Assembly (NCBI GenBank): GCA_039811685.1
Contig: JBDHZC010000009.1
Coordinates: 64,001 to 128,000, forward strand
Direction: 5' to 3'
Source of the DNA: Armatimonadota bacterium
GTDB lineage: Bacteria > Armatimonadota > UBA5829 > DSUL01
Length of the DNA: 64,000 nt
This document shows, piece by piece, positions 20,241 through 30,514 of this stretch (its first letter is position 1; each line of letters opens with the position of its first letter). A program made the translations under genes and the position numbers. The notes beneath the pieces were generated by a model that saw only the letters and a list, made by a program, of their open reading frames with translations, had not been told where the DNA came from and made no database searches.

Positions 20241-20804
20241 ATGCTGGTAACTGTCAAAGGGAAGAATGTCGAGGTCACCCCGGCCTTGCGAGATTACGCT
20301 GAGAAGAAGCTGTCCAGGCTGTCGAAGTATTTCGGGGAGATAAAAGAAGCGCGGGTCGTGCAGAGTGTCCAGCGCAATCAGCACATTGTCGAGGTGATGC
20401 TGGAGGGCGATGGGGTGCTGCTGCGGGGCGAGGAGCGCGGAGCGGACATGTACGCGGCCGTCGATCTGGTGCTGGAGAAGCTGGAGCATCGCGTGAAGAA
20501 GTTCAAGGGCAAGCTCCACAACCGCGCCCACCAGCAGGGGCCGCGCGAGAAGGAACACCTCAAGGAACGGACGGTCACGGAGGCGCAGACACCCGAGGGC
20601 GTTGTCCCGGAGGAAGAGTACGAACCCACCATTGCCCGCGTCAAGCGCTTTGCCGCCAAGCCGATGGCGCCAGAGGAAGCGGCCCGGCAGATGGAGCTTC
20701 TGCATCACGACTTTTTCGTTTTTGTTAACTCTGAGTCTTCTGAGGTGAGCGTGGTTTACCGGCGCAAACATGGAGATTACGGTCTCTTGGTGCCGGACTA
20801 CTAG
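20241..20804 (+). CDS. hpf: Long ribosome hibernation promoting factor
   Basis: GKNVEVTPAL, DMYAAVD, C-terminal KPMAPEEA...VVYRRKHGDYG. Confidence 0.92.
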   Translation: MLVTVKGKNVEVTPALRDYAEKKLSRLSKYFGEIKEARVVQSVQRNQHIVEVMLEGDGVLLRGEERGADMYAAVDLVLEKLEHRVKKFKGKLHNRAHQQGPREKEHLKERTVTEAQTPEGVVPEEEYEPTIARVKRFAAKPMAPEEAARQMELLHHDFFVFVNSESSEVSVVYRRKHGDYGLLVPDY

Positions 20805-20945
20805 TACCGGTTTTGGCGCGGCTATGGCCGCATTGAAACACTGATTCTTGCAGGAGAGTTGTACGGACTACAGTATTATCTGCTCTTGCCGCTGCGTTAG
20901 CGGCTGACCAGGACGCCGGTGTCTGACAGGCAAAACAGGACAAAA

Positions 20946-22616
20946 ATGATAGACACACAGCGCGCTGCTGACGCAGTTTCCCCTCTGGATCGCATCCGGC
21001 AGGCTTACCAGCCTCGTCTTCCTCGCGGGCTAAGCGGATCGATTCGGCTCCATCTGGACCCGGAGCCGCTGGTCTCTGACTACCCGGCTCAGATTCTCGA
21101 GGAGTTTCCGAACTCACTCAACAAGCCGGTGGTCCGCTTTGTGCAGGGCGAAGGCGGCCTCACGACTGAGGCGATTACTGTTGGTGTTGTGTTTTCCGGC
21201 GGACAGGCGCCTGGCGGACACAACGTCATCGCGGGGCTACTGGATGCTTTGAAGAGCGCCAACCCGGAAAGCCGGCTTATCGGGTTTCTCGATGGGCCTA
21301 TCGGCATTGTCAAAGACAACTGGATTGAGCTGACTCCAGAGCTTGTACAGGCGTACCGGAACACGGGCGGGTTCGATATGATCGGCTCGGGGCGTGACAA
21401 GATCGAAAAGGCGGCTGATCTGGCGGCCTGCAAAAAGACTCTGGAAAGCCATAACGCGCGGGGTCTGGTGGTCATCGGCGGGGACGACTCCAACACAAAC
21501 GCCGCCGTGATGGCTGAGTACTTCCTGCAGCAGAAGAGCAGTGTTCAGGTGATTGGCGCTCCAAAGACTATTGACGGGGACCTGAAGAACGATCTGATTG
21601 ACGCGAGTTTTGGCTTTGATACGGCCGCCAAGGTGTATTCCGAGCTGGCTGGTTCTATCTGCCGCGACTCCGCCTCCGCGCGCAAGTACTATCACTTCAT
21701 TCGCTTGATGGGACGCGCCGCCAGCCATGTGACTCTGGAAGTGGCGCTTCAGATTCATCCAAACCTCACAATCATTTCCGAGGAAGCTGAAGCCGCCCAG
21801 TGGACTCTGGAGCAGGTGGTTGATCAGATTGTGGATGTGGTTGTCCGCAGGTCGGCAGCGGGTAAAAACTACGGCGTGATTGTCATTCCGGAAGGTCTGC
21901 TGGAGTTTCTGGCTGATGTTAAGGTGATGATCAGCGAGCTCAGCGACATTCTTGCCGCGGATGAAAGCCACATTAAGACCCTCAAGCGCCGCACAGACCG
22001 CGTGGATTACTTCAACCAAAAGATGTCACCGGCCGCTGCGGCGACCTACGCCTTTCTGCCGGATTCCATCCAGCTTACGCTGCTCAAGCGCGACAAACAC
22101 GGCAACATTCCGCTGTCGCAGGTGGAGACGGAAGAGCTTCTGATGGGTCTGGTGTCACAGAAGCTCAAAGCCCTCAAGAGCGAGGGCAAGTACAGCGGGT
22201 CGTTCTCTCCGCTGGGGCATTTCTTCGGGTATGAGGGACGGTGCGTGCAGCCCTCCAACTTCGACGCGGACTACTGCTATGCGCTGGGGTACACAGGCGC
22301 GCAGCTCATTCGCGGAGGTGTTACGGGCTACACGATCAGCGCACAGAATCTGGCAGCGCCAGTAGAGGACTGGCAAATGGGCGGTGTTCCGGTCACAAGC
22401 ATGCTGGTCATTGAACAGCGCAAGGGCAAGCCAAAGCCAGTCATAAAGAAGACGCTGGTAGATTTGCAGCGTGGGCCGTTCCGCTACTTCGCCAGCCACC
22501 GCGGCGACTGGGTGGAGAAAGACGCTTTTCTGTATCCCGGTCCGATTCAGTACTTTGGGCCGTCAGATGTCTGTGACGCGCGCACCAAGACGCTGGAGCT
22601 GGAAGCCGAAGACTGA
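20946..22616 (+). CDS. pfp: Pyrophosphate-dependent phosphofructokinase
   Basis: SGGQAPGG, GGDDSNTNA, PKTIDGD and MGR. Confidence 0.93.
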   Translation: MIDTQRAADAVSPLDRIRQAYQPRLPRGLSGSIRLHLDPEPLVSDYPAQILEEFPNSLNKPVVRFVQGEGGLTTEAITVGVVFSGGQAPGGHNVIAGLLDALKSANPESRLIGFLDGPIGIVKDNWIELTPELVQAYRNTGGFDMIGSGRDKIEKAADLAACKKTLESHNARGLVVIGGDDSNTNAAVMAEYFLQQKSSVQVIGAPKTIDGDLKNDLIDASFGFDTAAKVYSELAGSICRDSASARKYYHFIRLMGRAASHVTLEVALQIHPNLTIISEEAEAAQWTLEQVVDQIVDVVVRRSAAGKNYGVIVIPEGLLEFLADVKVMISELSDILAADESHIKTLKRRTDRVDYFNQKMSPAAAATYAFLPDSIQLTLLKRDKHGNIPLSQVETEELLMGLVSQKLKALKSEGKYSGSFSPLGHFFGYEGRCVQPSNFDADYCYALGYTGAQLIRGGVTGYTISAQNLAAPVEDWQMGGVPVTSMLVIEQRKGKPKPVIKKTLVDLQRGPFRYFASHRGDWVEKDAFLYPGPIQYFGPSDVCDARTKTLELEAED

Positions 22617-22738
22617 CGAGTCCCCGGACTCCGGACACGCTCTGAACAGATAGCGCACAAAGCCGGCTGAGCCTCGCGCACCGTCAGGGACTGTACTCAG
22701 CCTCGCACTCAAGCACACATAGTCAACACGAGGAACGC

Positions 22739-23722
22739 ATGAAGCTCAACCAGTCGGGAAAATATATTATTGGCGTGGACATCGGCGGTACAAACGTGCG
22801 CGCCGCGGTGACGGACCGGGCGGGCAAGGCTTTCGGTGAGAGCCGCAACAAGACGCTGGCGGACGATGGCCCCAAGGCTGTCCTGGCTCAGATTGTCAAG
22901 ACAGTCCAGGAGGCTATGGCCAGTGGCGAGGTCACGGCGGAGCAGATTACCGGCGTCGGTTGTGGAATGCCTGGAAGGACCAACCGGGAAGGTGTTGTCA
23001 CCTGGTCGCCCAACTTCGTTGACATTGAGGGCTTTGAGCTGGTTGGCGGGCTGAGCAAGGCCCTGAACATGGCCGTGCTGGTGGAAAACGACGTCAATAC
23101 CGCCGCGGTGGGGGAGTTTCGCTTTGGCGCTGGGCAGGGAGTTGACAGCCTCGTTATGCTCACGCTTGGCACGGGCATAGGTGGCGGCATTATCCTGAAC
23201 CGCCAGCTCTGGCGGGGAGCGAATGCGGGCGCGGCGGAGATCGGTCACATGGTGGTCAATCCGGGTGGCCGGAAGTGTGAGTGTGGCAATCACGGATGTC
23301 TGGAAGCGATGGCGCAGCGCGACGCGATCGTGGAGCGCGCGGCTCGCAAGATGCAGGCGGGGATGCCAAGCTCTCTGGCGGAAGAGGCGGACTATCAGGT
23401 GGACAAAATCACTCCTGAGATTATCTCCCGCCATGCCGCCAGCGGCGATGAGCTCTGTCTGGAGACCCTGGCGGAGACCGGTCACTGGGTCGGCATCGGA
23501 ATCGCCAACTGTATCAATCTGCTCAATCCCGATATGGTCATCGTGGGCGGTGGCATCGCTCAGGCGGGTCCGCCGCTCTGGGAGCCGCTAAAGCGCGGAG
23601 TGCGGGCGTATGCCATTCAGGAATCCAGAGTTGTCTGCCAGGTAGTTGAGTCCAAACTGGGTGACGACGCGGGGATTATGGGCGGAGTTGTGCTTGTGCT
23701 GCAGGCGCTGGAGAGAGCGTAA
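22739..23722 (+). CDS. ROK family sugar kinase (glucokinase-like)
   Basis: DIGGT, ENDVN, GTGIGGG, EIGH and CECGNHGCLE. Confidence 0.9.
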   Translation: MKLNQSGKYIIGVDIGGTNVRAAVTDRAGKAFGESRNKTLADDGPKAVLAQIVKTVQEAMASGEVTAEQITGVGCGMPGRTNREGVVTWSPNFVDIEGFELVGGLSKALNMAVLVENDVNTAAVGEFRFGAGQGVDSLVMLTLGTGIGGGIILNRQLWRGANAGAAEIGHMVVNPGGRKCECGNHGCLEAMAQRDAIVERAARKMQAGMPSSLAEEADYQVDKITPEIISRHAASGDELCLETLAETGHWVGIGIANCINLLNPDMVIVGGGIAQAGPPLWEPLKRGVRAYAIQESRVVCQVVESKLGDDAGIMGGVVLVLQALERA

Positions 23723-23888
23723 ACTCCAAAAGCTCAGGCTGAGGAGCCGAATCGCAGGCCTTGCGCGTCTCATACAGGGTATCCGTGTGATGTGTCCCTC
23801 AGCAGGTGACTGCAAGTAAGAAACCTGCCAGCAAAACAAGCCTTCAGCGCACTGCCGGGCTGAGGACGAAGGACAGGAGAAAGAAACA

Positions 23889-24848
23889 ATGACCGTTTCG
23901 AAACTGCTGCGAGCTCTTCTGGCGCTTGTTGCGGGAGTGTGCGTAGCGTCCCCGGGGTGTTGTGATTTTACGTTCGTTCAGATCAGTGACATCCACGTGA
24001 CTCCTGAGAAGTCCGAGGTCGGGCAGAATTGGGCCCGCAACCGCGAAGCTTTGATCCGTCAGGTAAACGCGCAGCGGCCGGACTTTGTCATCGTTACGGG
24101 AGATCTCACAGAGACCGGCGCAAGCGCGGATTTCCGGGCGCTGAAGGGCTGGCTGCGCAAGTTTGACGCGCCGGTTTACGTGGTGCCTGGCAACCACGAC
24201 GTCGGCCGCAGAGTCAGCCGCTCCCCCGCTCGCTCCGCCAAGCCTCCTTACACCCGCTCTTTGCTGAATTACGAGCGAGTTTTCGGGCGGTCTTTCTATT
24301 CCTTTGCGCACGAGAACGCCTACTTCATCTTCATGAACTCCGGACTGTTTTCGACGGATAACCCGCGTTACCCGTATCAGCGTATGCGCGAGATGGAAGC
24401 CGCGCAATGGCTGGATTCTGAGCTGCGCTATGCGAACAATGCGGCCTACCCCCTTGTGTTTGTCCTGCAGCACTATCCGCTCAAGGAAACTCAAGGGTTG
24501 GGTGACACGCTGAATCGCGCGGAGGTTTCAGCGCTGATGTTTGGGCATATCCACCGTTTTACAAGTGGCGTGAGAGGCAGGGTACTGACGGTGTCTGTAT
24601 CTTCGTCCAAGGGAGGCGCCGCGCCAAACGCGCTTCCGTGTTTTGCGCTCGTAAAAGTCAGCGGGGACGGCGCTATCTACAACTATATTGCGGCGAACGG
24701 AGAGGTTGTTCGTCCGCCCGTGAGTATCCCGGCGAGGGCTGTCGGTAGCAATACGCTGTGGGACGTGCGAAGCGCGCTCTTTCCCCGGCTTCCGGCTGCG
24801 TCGCTGGAGCGCATACTCCCGGAGCCACGTGAGGGACACAGACTATGA
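23889..24848 (+). CDS. Secreted calcineurin-like metallophosphoesterase
   Basis: SDIH, GDL, GNHD and GHIH. Confidence 0.85.
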   Translation: MTVSKLLRALLALVAGVCVASPGCCDFTFVQISDIHVTPEKSEVGQNWARNREALIRQVNAQRPDFVIVTGDLTETGASADFRALKGWLRKFDAPVYVVPGNHDVGRRVSRSPARSAKPPYTRSLLNYERVFGRSFYSFAHENAYFIFMNSGLFSTDNPRYPYQRMREMEAAQWLDSELRYANNAAYPLVFVLQHYPLKETQGLGDTLNRAEVSALMFGHIHRFTSGVRGRVLTVSVSSSKGGAAPNALPCFALVKVSGDGAIYNYIAANGEVVRPPVSIPARAVGSNTLWDVRSALFPRLPAASLERILPEPREGHRL

Positions 24849-25939
24849 GAAAATGCAGGTGGTCTAGCGCTATCTCGGCCGGGCTGCTGATTGCTGTTGC
24901 TCTTTCGAGCACAGCTTCGGCGACGAAGGTCGTTTTTAACGGAGACGGTGTGGCGGTTGTGGATGGGCGGCCTTTCTTTCCGATTGGCATCTACTGTTAC
25001 AACCTTACCAGCGACATAATGGCTGATTTACACGAGCGGCGCTTCAACACGATAGTCAACATTGTTACGGGATTCGAGGCTTCGCAGCTTGACTTCATTC
25101 ATCAGAATGGGCTGATGAGCGTTGTTCCTTACACTCCGGAGTGGGTGAAGGCCGCCAAAGACCACCCTTCTCTGCTGGCGTACTATCTGACGGATGAGCC
25201 GGAAGGGCACGGCGACGTGGTAGAGAAGGAGCGGGAGAAGTACCTGGAGATGCGCCGGGAAGACCCGAACCATCCGGGCGGGTTGTGTCACTATCTCTTC
25301 GGGGCGATCGAGCGCTTCAAAGACGCATGCGACTTCACGATGAGCGATGTGTATCCTGTGACGGCCAGCCGGGATACGCCGCTGCGAAATGTCGGGGTTC
25401 ACATAGACGAGGCGCACCGCGTACACGGGCGCATGTGGCCGACGTGGGCGTGGATTCAGGTTTTTGGCGGGCCGGATACCGATGGTGGCAAATGGGCGCA
25501 GCCTCTGGCGCAAGAGGTGCGCTGCATGACTTACATCGCTCTGGCGCATGGAGCAACGGGGATTCTCTACTTCTCTTACTGGCCGAAAGCTCCGGAGACT
25601 TGGGGGTCGTTGGGTGAGTTGAACCGGGAGATAGAGGTGATAACTCCCTATCTGGTTGCTCCGGGCAAAGAGAGTGCGGTGTCTTCTGACAAAAATCAGA
25701 TCGAGATGCGGGCTCGCAAGTGCGTGAGTGGAGGGGTTGTCATAGCCGTCAACACTCAGCCAACTTATGTCAGCGCAAAGCTGAAGGTGGACGGTTTGCG
25801 CAACTCTCTGGAAGCGCCCTTTGAGAACCGCGCGCTGGAGACGGAGAACGGGTCCTGGCAGGATCGCTTCGCGCCCCATGAAGCGCATGTGTATGTCTGG
25901 GGAAAGGCTCCGAAAGTTGAGCTGGGAGGGATGAGATGA
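24845..25939 (+). CDS. Secreted glycoside-hydrolase-like (TIM barrel) protein
   Basis: Signal peptide, DGRPFFPIG, YYLTDEP and DVYP. Confidence 0.6.
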   Translation: MRKCRWSSAISAGLLIAVALSSTASATKVVFNGDGVAVVDGRPFFPIGIYCYNLTSDIMADLHERRFNTIVNIVTGFEASQLDFIHQNGLMSVVPYTPEWVKAAKDHPSLLAYYLTDEPEGHGDVVEKEREKYLEMRREDPNHPGGLCHYLFGAIERFKDACDFTMSDVYPVTASRDTPLRNVGVHIDEAHRVHGRMWPTWAWIQVFGGPDTDGGKWAQPLAQEVRCMTYIALAHGATGILYFSYWPKAPETWGSLGELNREIEVITPYLVAPGKESAVSSDKNQIEMRARKCVSGGVVIAVNTQPTYVSAKLKVDGLRNSLEAPFENRALETENGSWQDRFAPHEAHVYVWGKAPKVELGGMR

Positions 25940-26823
25940 AGCTGGCGATGGGTGAGCGTGAGATGGAGCTGGGCGGCCCTTACCTGGGCACGTTGCCGGA
26001 GGCCACACATCTTATGGGAGATGCGGATGCGTTGCGTGAGCAGATGGAGCGTGACGGATTTTTGCTGATCCGCAAGCTGCACGATCCGGAGAAGGTGAAG
26101 GCGGCGCGGCGGCTGGTTCTGGAGAATCTGCGCGACAACGGCCAGCTTGACTCGGAAGCGTCGTTGGAAGAAGGGTTGCTGCGCGAAGGCGGTCGCGGCG
26201 CGTTTCTGGGAGGCTCAAAAGCAGTGACGCACACACCAGAGTTCCTTTCGGTCGTGGAATCTCCGGAGCTGATGCGGTTCTTCAGCGATTTTCTGGGGGC
26301 GCCGGCGCTGACTTTTAGCTACAAATGGCTGCGAGCAGTGGGGCGTGGGGAGTTCACGGGCGCGCACTACGACGTGGTCTATATGGGGCGTGGAACAGCA
26401 CGGCTTTTCACATGCTGGACTCCACTGGGCGATGTGTCTTTTGAAAACAGTCCCCTGGCTATTCTGGAGGGCTCGACGCGCATTGAGCGGCTGAAGCAGA
26501 CGTACGGGCGGATGGACGTGGACAGAGACAACGTCGAAGGGTGGTTTTCCAATGATCCTGTTGAACTGGTCGAAAACTTCGGCGGGCGCTGGCTGACTTC
26601 AGAGTTTGAGATGGGCGATGCTTTGATCTTCGGGATGTATCTGATGCATGGATCGCTGAGGAATATGACGAATCGCGTACGCCTGAGTTGTGACACGCGC
26701 TATCAGAGCGCAAATGAGCCGGCGGATGAGCGCTGGACCGGGGAGAATCCTCTGGCGCACTACGCATGGGGACAAACTGAGATGACTCCAATGGCCGAGG
26801 CGCGCAGACGCTGGGGCGTCTGA
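25936..26823 (+). CDS. Phytanoyl-CoA dioxygenase (PhyH) family
   Basis: HYD...H facial triad and RLSCDTRYQ. Confidence 0.85.
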   Translation: MKLAMGEREMELGGPYLGTLPEATHLMGDADALREQMERDGFLLIRKLHDPEKVKAARRLVLENLRDNGQLDSEASLEEGLLREGGRGAFLGGSKAVTHTPEFLSVVESPELMRFFSDFLGAPALTFSYKWLRAVGRGEFTGAHYDVVYMGRGTARLFTCWTPLGDVSFENSPLAILEGSTRIERLKQTYGRMDVDRDNVEGWFSNDPVELVENFGGRWLTSEFEMGDALIFGMYLMHGSLRNMTNRVRLSCDTRYQSANEPADERWTGENPLAHYAWGQTEMTPMAEARRRWGV

Positions 26824-27050
26824 CGAATCGTCGCTGTCTCTTCAGAAATTCGCCTGTAAGTGCGCGCCAGTCGCTGTCGCGCCTTGAGAAAGACGCGCGC
26901 CGCACACGCCTGTATGCCGTCAATCTTTGCCCGGCCTCGTTAAACAGCGCCTTTTCTGATTCCACTGCCTGCTTACTCCTCACGGTCTAGCGCCGGTTCG
27001 CGCTTCTGATACTCGCACGAATTTAGTTCTTATATTTTTGCATAAAGTAC

Positions 27051-27079
27051 TTGCATTTGCCTAAAACGCCTGTTATGAT
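27051..27079 (+). promoter_or_regulatory. Promoter TTGCAT-17-TATGAT (extended -10) of the capsid cluster
   Basis: Visible in an AT-rich stretch upstream of the 27113 gene. Confidence 0.7.
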
Positions 27080-27080
27080 A

Positions 27081-27094
27081 CGAACAAATGTTCT
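27081..27094. promoter_or_regulatory. Putative LexA (SOS) box CGAACAAATGTTCT
   Basis: GAAC-N4-GTTC palindrome immediately downstream of the -10. Confidence 0.7.
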
Positions 27095-27112
27095 GTTCAA
27101 GGAGGGCGAGGA

Positions 27113-27475
27113 GTGGTCCACGGTGCGGCGGTGGCGATCGGTTCTTCGCGCGGGTTGGCGCAGACGCTCTGGCGGCCGGCGCTGGAGGCGGTTGGCTCTG
27201 AGGGCACAGAAGCGCAGACGGGAGTGGCGTATCTGCTGGAGCGCGAGTTTCGCGAAGTGGTGGCGCTGGCGCGGATGAGCTTTCGGGAACGCGAGGCTCT
27301 GGAAATGGCTCGCTGCGGATGGAGTGAGACGGAGATGGGCAGGGCGCTTTCTCTCAGCCGCTCTCAGACGACAGAGTTGCTCTCCAAAGCGCGACGGAAG
27401 CTACAGGCGGCGCGCGAGAGATATCCGTTTGCGGGTCTGTGGGAAGTTTACCGGGATGAAGTAGCGCGGCTGTAG
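27113..27475 (+). CDS. Sigma70 region 4-like HTH regulator (putative late activator)
   Basis: SFREREALEMARCGWSETEMGRALSLSRSQTTELLSKARRKL; AAGGAGG RBS. Confidence 0.7.
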   Translation: MVHGAAVAIGSSRGLAQTLWRPALEAVGSEGTEAQTGVAYLLEREFREVVALARMSFREREALEMARCGWSETEMGRALSLSRSQTTELLSKARRKLQAARERYPFAGLWEVYRDEVARL

Positions 27476-27506
27476 GCACGGTGGTGGAGGTTGGGCTGAA
27501 GGGACT

Positions 27507-27887
27507 TTGCTGAAGAAAAAACAGAGCCAGGCAGTGGATCTGCTGTTTCTGGGCTCCCCGGAGAAGGTGGCGCAGAAAGTGGGCGTGCGGCACTCGACGC
27601 TGCAACGCTGGCTGGAGGACAGGCGCTTTCAGCAGGCGTTGAAGGCGCGGGCAAAGCAGAAGCGCAGGGCCAGCGAGCGCCTGGCGCTGCAGGCGGTGAT
27701 GATGGCATCGAGCGCTCTTGAGGCGGCTCTTCGAACAGGTGAGGACCGGCCCGTGACGCGAGCGGCTCTGGAGACGTTGAAGATCAGCGGCGTATTGCCG
27801 GGCTGCCTGGAAGCGACGCGGGACAGCGCGGACTCTCTGGCGGATGTGATTGCGCGGGTGAAGGCGGAGATGGATGAGCACGGTTAG
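27507..27887 (+). CDS. Putative terminase small subunit (HTH)
   Basis: EKVAQKVGVRHSTLQRW HTH; overlaps the TerL start. Confidence 0.6.
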   Translation: MLKKKQSQAVDLLFLGSPEKVAQKVGVRHSTLQRWLEDRRFQQALKARAKQKRRASERLALQAVMMASSALEAALRTGEDRPVTRAALETLKISGVLPGCLEATRDSADSLADVIARVKAEMDEHG

Positions 27888-29235
27888 CCGGGCGGGAAGT
27901 CAACCTCGGCTCCGGCTGGCCCTGGCTAAAGCGCTATGGAACTGGCAGGCGCATCCGACGCAGAGAGAGTGGCTGTTGTGTGACGCTTCTGTAAAAACTG
28001 CGGCTTGCGGGCGGCGGTGGGGAAAGACGGAAGCGCAGGCCGTGGACGCAGCGAGCTTCGCGTTGGTGCACGATGGCTCTGAACAGATAGTGGTTGCGCC
28101 GACCTACGACCAGGCGTCACTCATTGCGCGCGGGGTCGAGCGCCTGTTGCTCGGCTCACCGGCAACGCGCACGCTAACGCAGGTGCGCCGGACTCCCTAT
28201 CCGTTGATTACTGTTGGTCGGAGCCGGATTTCCGCCCGAACGGCGGATGAAGACGGGCGCGCTCTGCGGGGACACCGCGCGGATCGCGTGATTGTGGACG
28301 AGGCGGCTTTTGTGCGTGACAGCGTTATCTCGGAGGTCATCCAACCTATGCTGGCGGACTCCGACGGGCAGCTTATCCTGATCAGCACTCCTTACGGGCG
28401 CAACCTGTTCTGGAAGCTGTGGAGCCAGGGCGCCTCCGGGAACCCGAAAGCCGCCTTCCGCTTTCCGTCCAGCGCAAATCCGCACATCAGCGCCCGCTAT
28501 GTGGAAGAGCAGCGGGAGCGCCTGCCCGAGCGGGCCTTCCGGGCGGAGTATCTGGCTGAGTTTGTGGACGATCAGGCGCAGGTGTTCGCGTGGACGGATA
28601 TTCAGCAGTGCTTTGAGCTTGGGCGCACGCCTCACCAACCCTCTAGCTCTGTGCGGGAGCGGCGCATTGTGGCGGGGATTGACTGGGCCCGCTACTCGGA
28701 TTGGACGGTGTGTGCGGCGGTGGAGTGCGCCTGCGATCCATGGCGCGTTGTGGCTCTGGACAGGTTTCAGGGGCTGAGCTGGCAGGCGGCGGTGGAGCGC
28801 GTGGCAGGTTTTCTGAAAGACACTGAAGCGTGCGCTGCGCTCTCAGACGCAACCGCAACAGGAGGAGATGCGCTCCTGGAGCAGCTTTGCGTGGCTGTAG
28901 CGGGAGCGGGTTGCGAGGTAGATGGTTATGTCTTCACGTCAACGTCCAAGCAGCATCTGGTGGAGAATCTGAGCGTGGTTATGGCGCGTGGCGGCCTTGC
29001 GCTGCCGCCGGAAGAGCTTTCGCATTCTGGGGCGCTGATTCACGAGTTGAAGAGCTATCAGTATGTCCAGCGCCCTGGCGGCGCTGTCAGCTTTGGCGCA
29101 GCGCCGGGGGAGCATGATGACTGCGTCACAGCGCTGGCTCTGGCCGTGTGGCAGGCGAAGAACGCGCCGCAGTGGCGGATTATGACATCGGGTGCGCTGC
29201 TCGGCGATCGGCGGCGCGGGCGCGCGTTGTGGTGA
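27874..29235 (+). CDS. Terminase large subunit
   Basis: Walker A GRRWGKT, Walker B VIVDEAA, ISTP, nuclease GIDWA and HDDCVTALAL. Confidence 0.92.
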   Translation: MSTVSRAGSQPRLRLALAKALWNWQAHPTQREWLLCDASVKTAACGRRWGKTEAQAVDAASFALVHDGSEQIVVAPTYDQASLIARGVERLLLGSPATRTLTQVRRTPYPLITVGRSRISARTADEDGRALRGHRADRVIVDEAAFVRDSVISEVIQPMLADSDGQLILISTPYGRNLFWKLWSQGASGNPKAAFRFPSSANPHISARYVEEQRERLPERAFRAEYLAEFVDDQAQVFAWTDIQQCFELGRTPHQPSSSVRERRIVAGIDWARYSDWTVCAAVECACDPWRVVALDRFQGLSWQAAVERVAGFLKDTEACAALSDATATGGDALLEQLCVAVAGAGCEVDGYVFTSTSKQHLVENLSVVMARGGLALPPEELSHSGALIHELKSYQYVQRPGGAVSFGAAPGEHDDCVTALALAVWQAKNAPQWRIMTSGALLGDRRRGRALW

Positions 29236-29286
29236 TAAGTGAGCAGTCTCTCTGGTTAGGGCAGGGACACTGAGAAGGAGGGTTTT

Positions 29287-30384
29287 GTGGCAATAGCTGG
29301 TCTCTTGAAGCGTCTGAGGCGTGAGGGGAAGGGGTCTGAAGCGCCGGTGGAGCTGGCGGCAGCCAGGCGACGGTACTTATCCGGACCGGGCGCCTTGCTG
29401 CCGTACAATCCGGACGACCTTGCCCGGCGCGAGGGGCTGGAAGTGTACGACCGGATGCAGACGGATGCCCAGATTGCGGCGGCGCTGGTGACGAAGAAGT
29501 TTGCGGCACTGTCCGGGGGCTGGCGGGTTACGCCCGCTTCAGAGCGGCGCGAGGACGTGCAGGCGGCGCAGTTTTGTCACCGGGCACTGGAGGAGATGAA
29601 AGGGACGGTGGAAGACGCGCTCTACGGAGTGCTGGACGCTCTGGCAAAGGGCTACTCGGTGGCTGAGATGAACTTTGCGCGCGTTGGAGACCGCGTCGGT
29701 CTGGCGTCTATCAAACAGAAGGATCCGGCGCTGTTTGAGTTTGAGACAGACGAGTATCTGAACATCACAGCGCTTGTCAGGATAGGAACAGACGGAGATG
29801 AGCCCCGGAAGCTGCCTGTGGAGAAGTTCATCATCTACACCTACATGCCCACCTATGCGGACCCGCGGGGACGCTCGGATCTGCGCTCATGCTACCGCCA
29901 CTGGTGGACCAAAGATGTCATTCTGCGCTTTTTCGCGTCGTATCTGGAGCGCTTTGGCTCACCCGTGGTCAAGGGGACGTACCGCCGCGGGGCGACGCGC
30001 GCCCAGCAGGAGGATCTCCTGCGGATTCTGGACCGCATCCAGCAGGAGACCGCCATCGTCATTCCGGAGGACGTGACGGTGGATCTCCTTCAGGCGGGGC
30101 TGCAGGGCGAGAAGGGATTTCTGGAGGCCATCGCCTATCACGACCGGCAGATGGCCAAAGCCATCCTCGGAGAAACGCTGACACAGGAAGAGGGGCTGCG
30201 CACGGGCGCTCTGGCTCTGGCGAAGGTGCATCAGGATACGCTGAAGCTGCGTCTGCAGAAGATCAAGCGCGATCTGGAGGAGACTGTGGCGCGTGAGCAG
30301 ATTCTGCGTCCGCTGACACGGCTGAACTTTGCCGGAGCGGCTGTACCGCGGTTTGAGCTGGGCGCATTCGACGCCAGCGTGTGA
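29287..30384 (+). CDS. Portal protein (DUF935 / Mu gp29-like)
   Basis: DALAKGYSVAE, PRGRSDLR, YLERFGSP, KAILGETLT and AKVH. Confidence 0.85.
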   Translation: MAIAGLLKRLRREGKGSEAPVELAAARRRYLSGPGALLPYNPDDLARREGLEVYDRMQTDAQIAAALVTKKFAALSGGWRVTPASERREDVQAAQFCHRALEEMKGTVEDALYGVLDALAKGYSVAEMNFARVGDRVGLASIKQKDPALFEFETDEYLNITALVRIGTDGDEPRKLPVEKFIIYTYMPTYADPRGRSDLRSCYRHWWTKDVILRFFASYLERFGSPVVKGTYRRGATRAQQEDLLRILDRIQQETAIVIPEDVTVDLLQAGLQGEKGFLEAIAYHDRQMAKAILGETLTQEEGLRTGALALAKVHQDTLKLRLQKIKRDLEETVAREQILRPLTRLNFAGAAVPRFELGAFDASV

Positions 30385-30463
30385 AGCGCATGTGTTGGGT
30401 TTGGGCGGCGGACCCTGAGAGCCCGCTGACAGCAGGTAGGTTTGCCTGTTCTGCCTAAATTGA

Positions 30464-30492
30464 TTGACATAAACTACCGAAGAGGGTATAAG
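30464..30492 (+). promoter_or_regulatory. Promoter TTGACA-17-TATAAG of the TAC cassette
   Basis: Near-consensus match. Confidence 0.75.
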
Positions 30493-30514
30493 ATAATTAA
30501 CCTGGAAGTTAACA

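Noticed and set aside
26459..26983. Divergent repressor of the capsid cluster
   Set aside because: Mostly overlaps the PhyH gene antisense and shows no HTH or peptidase motif
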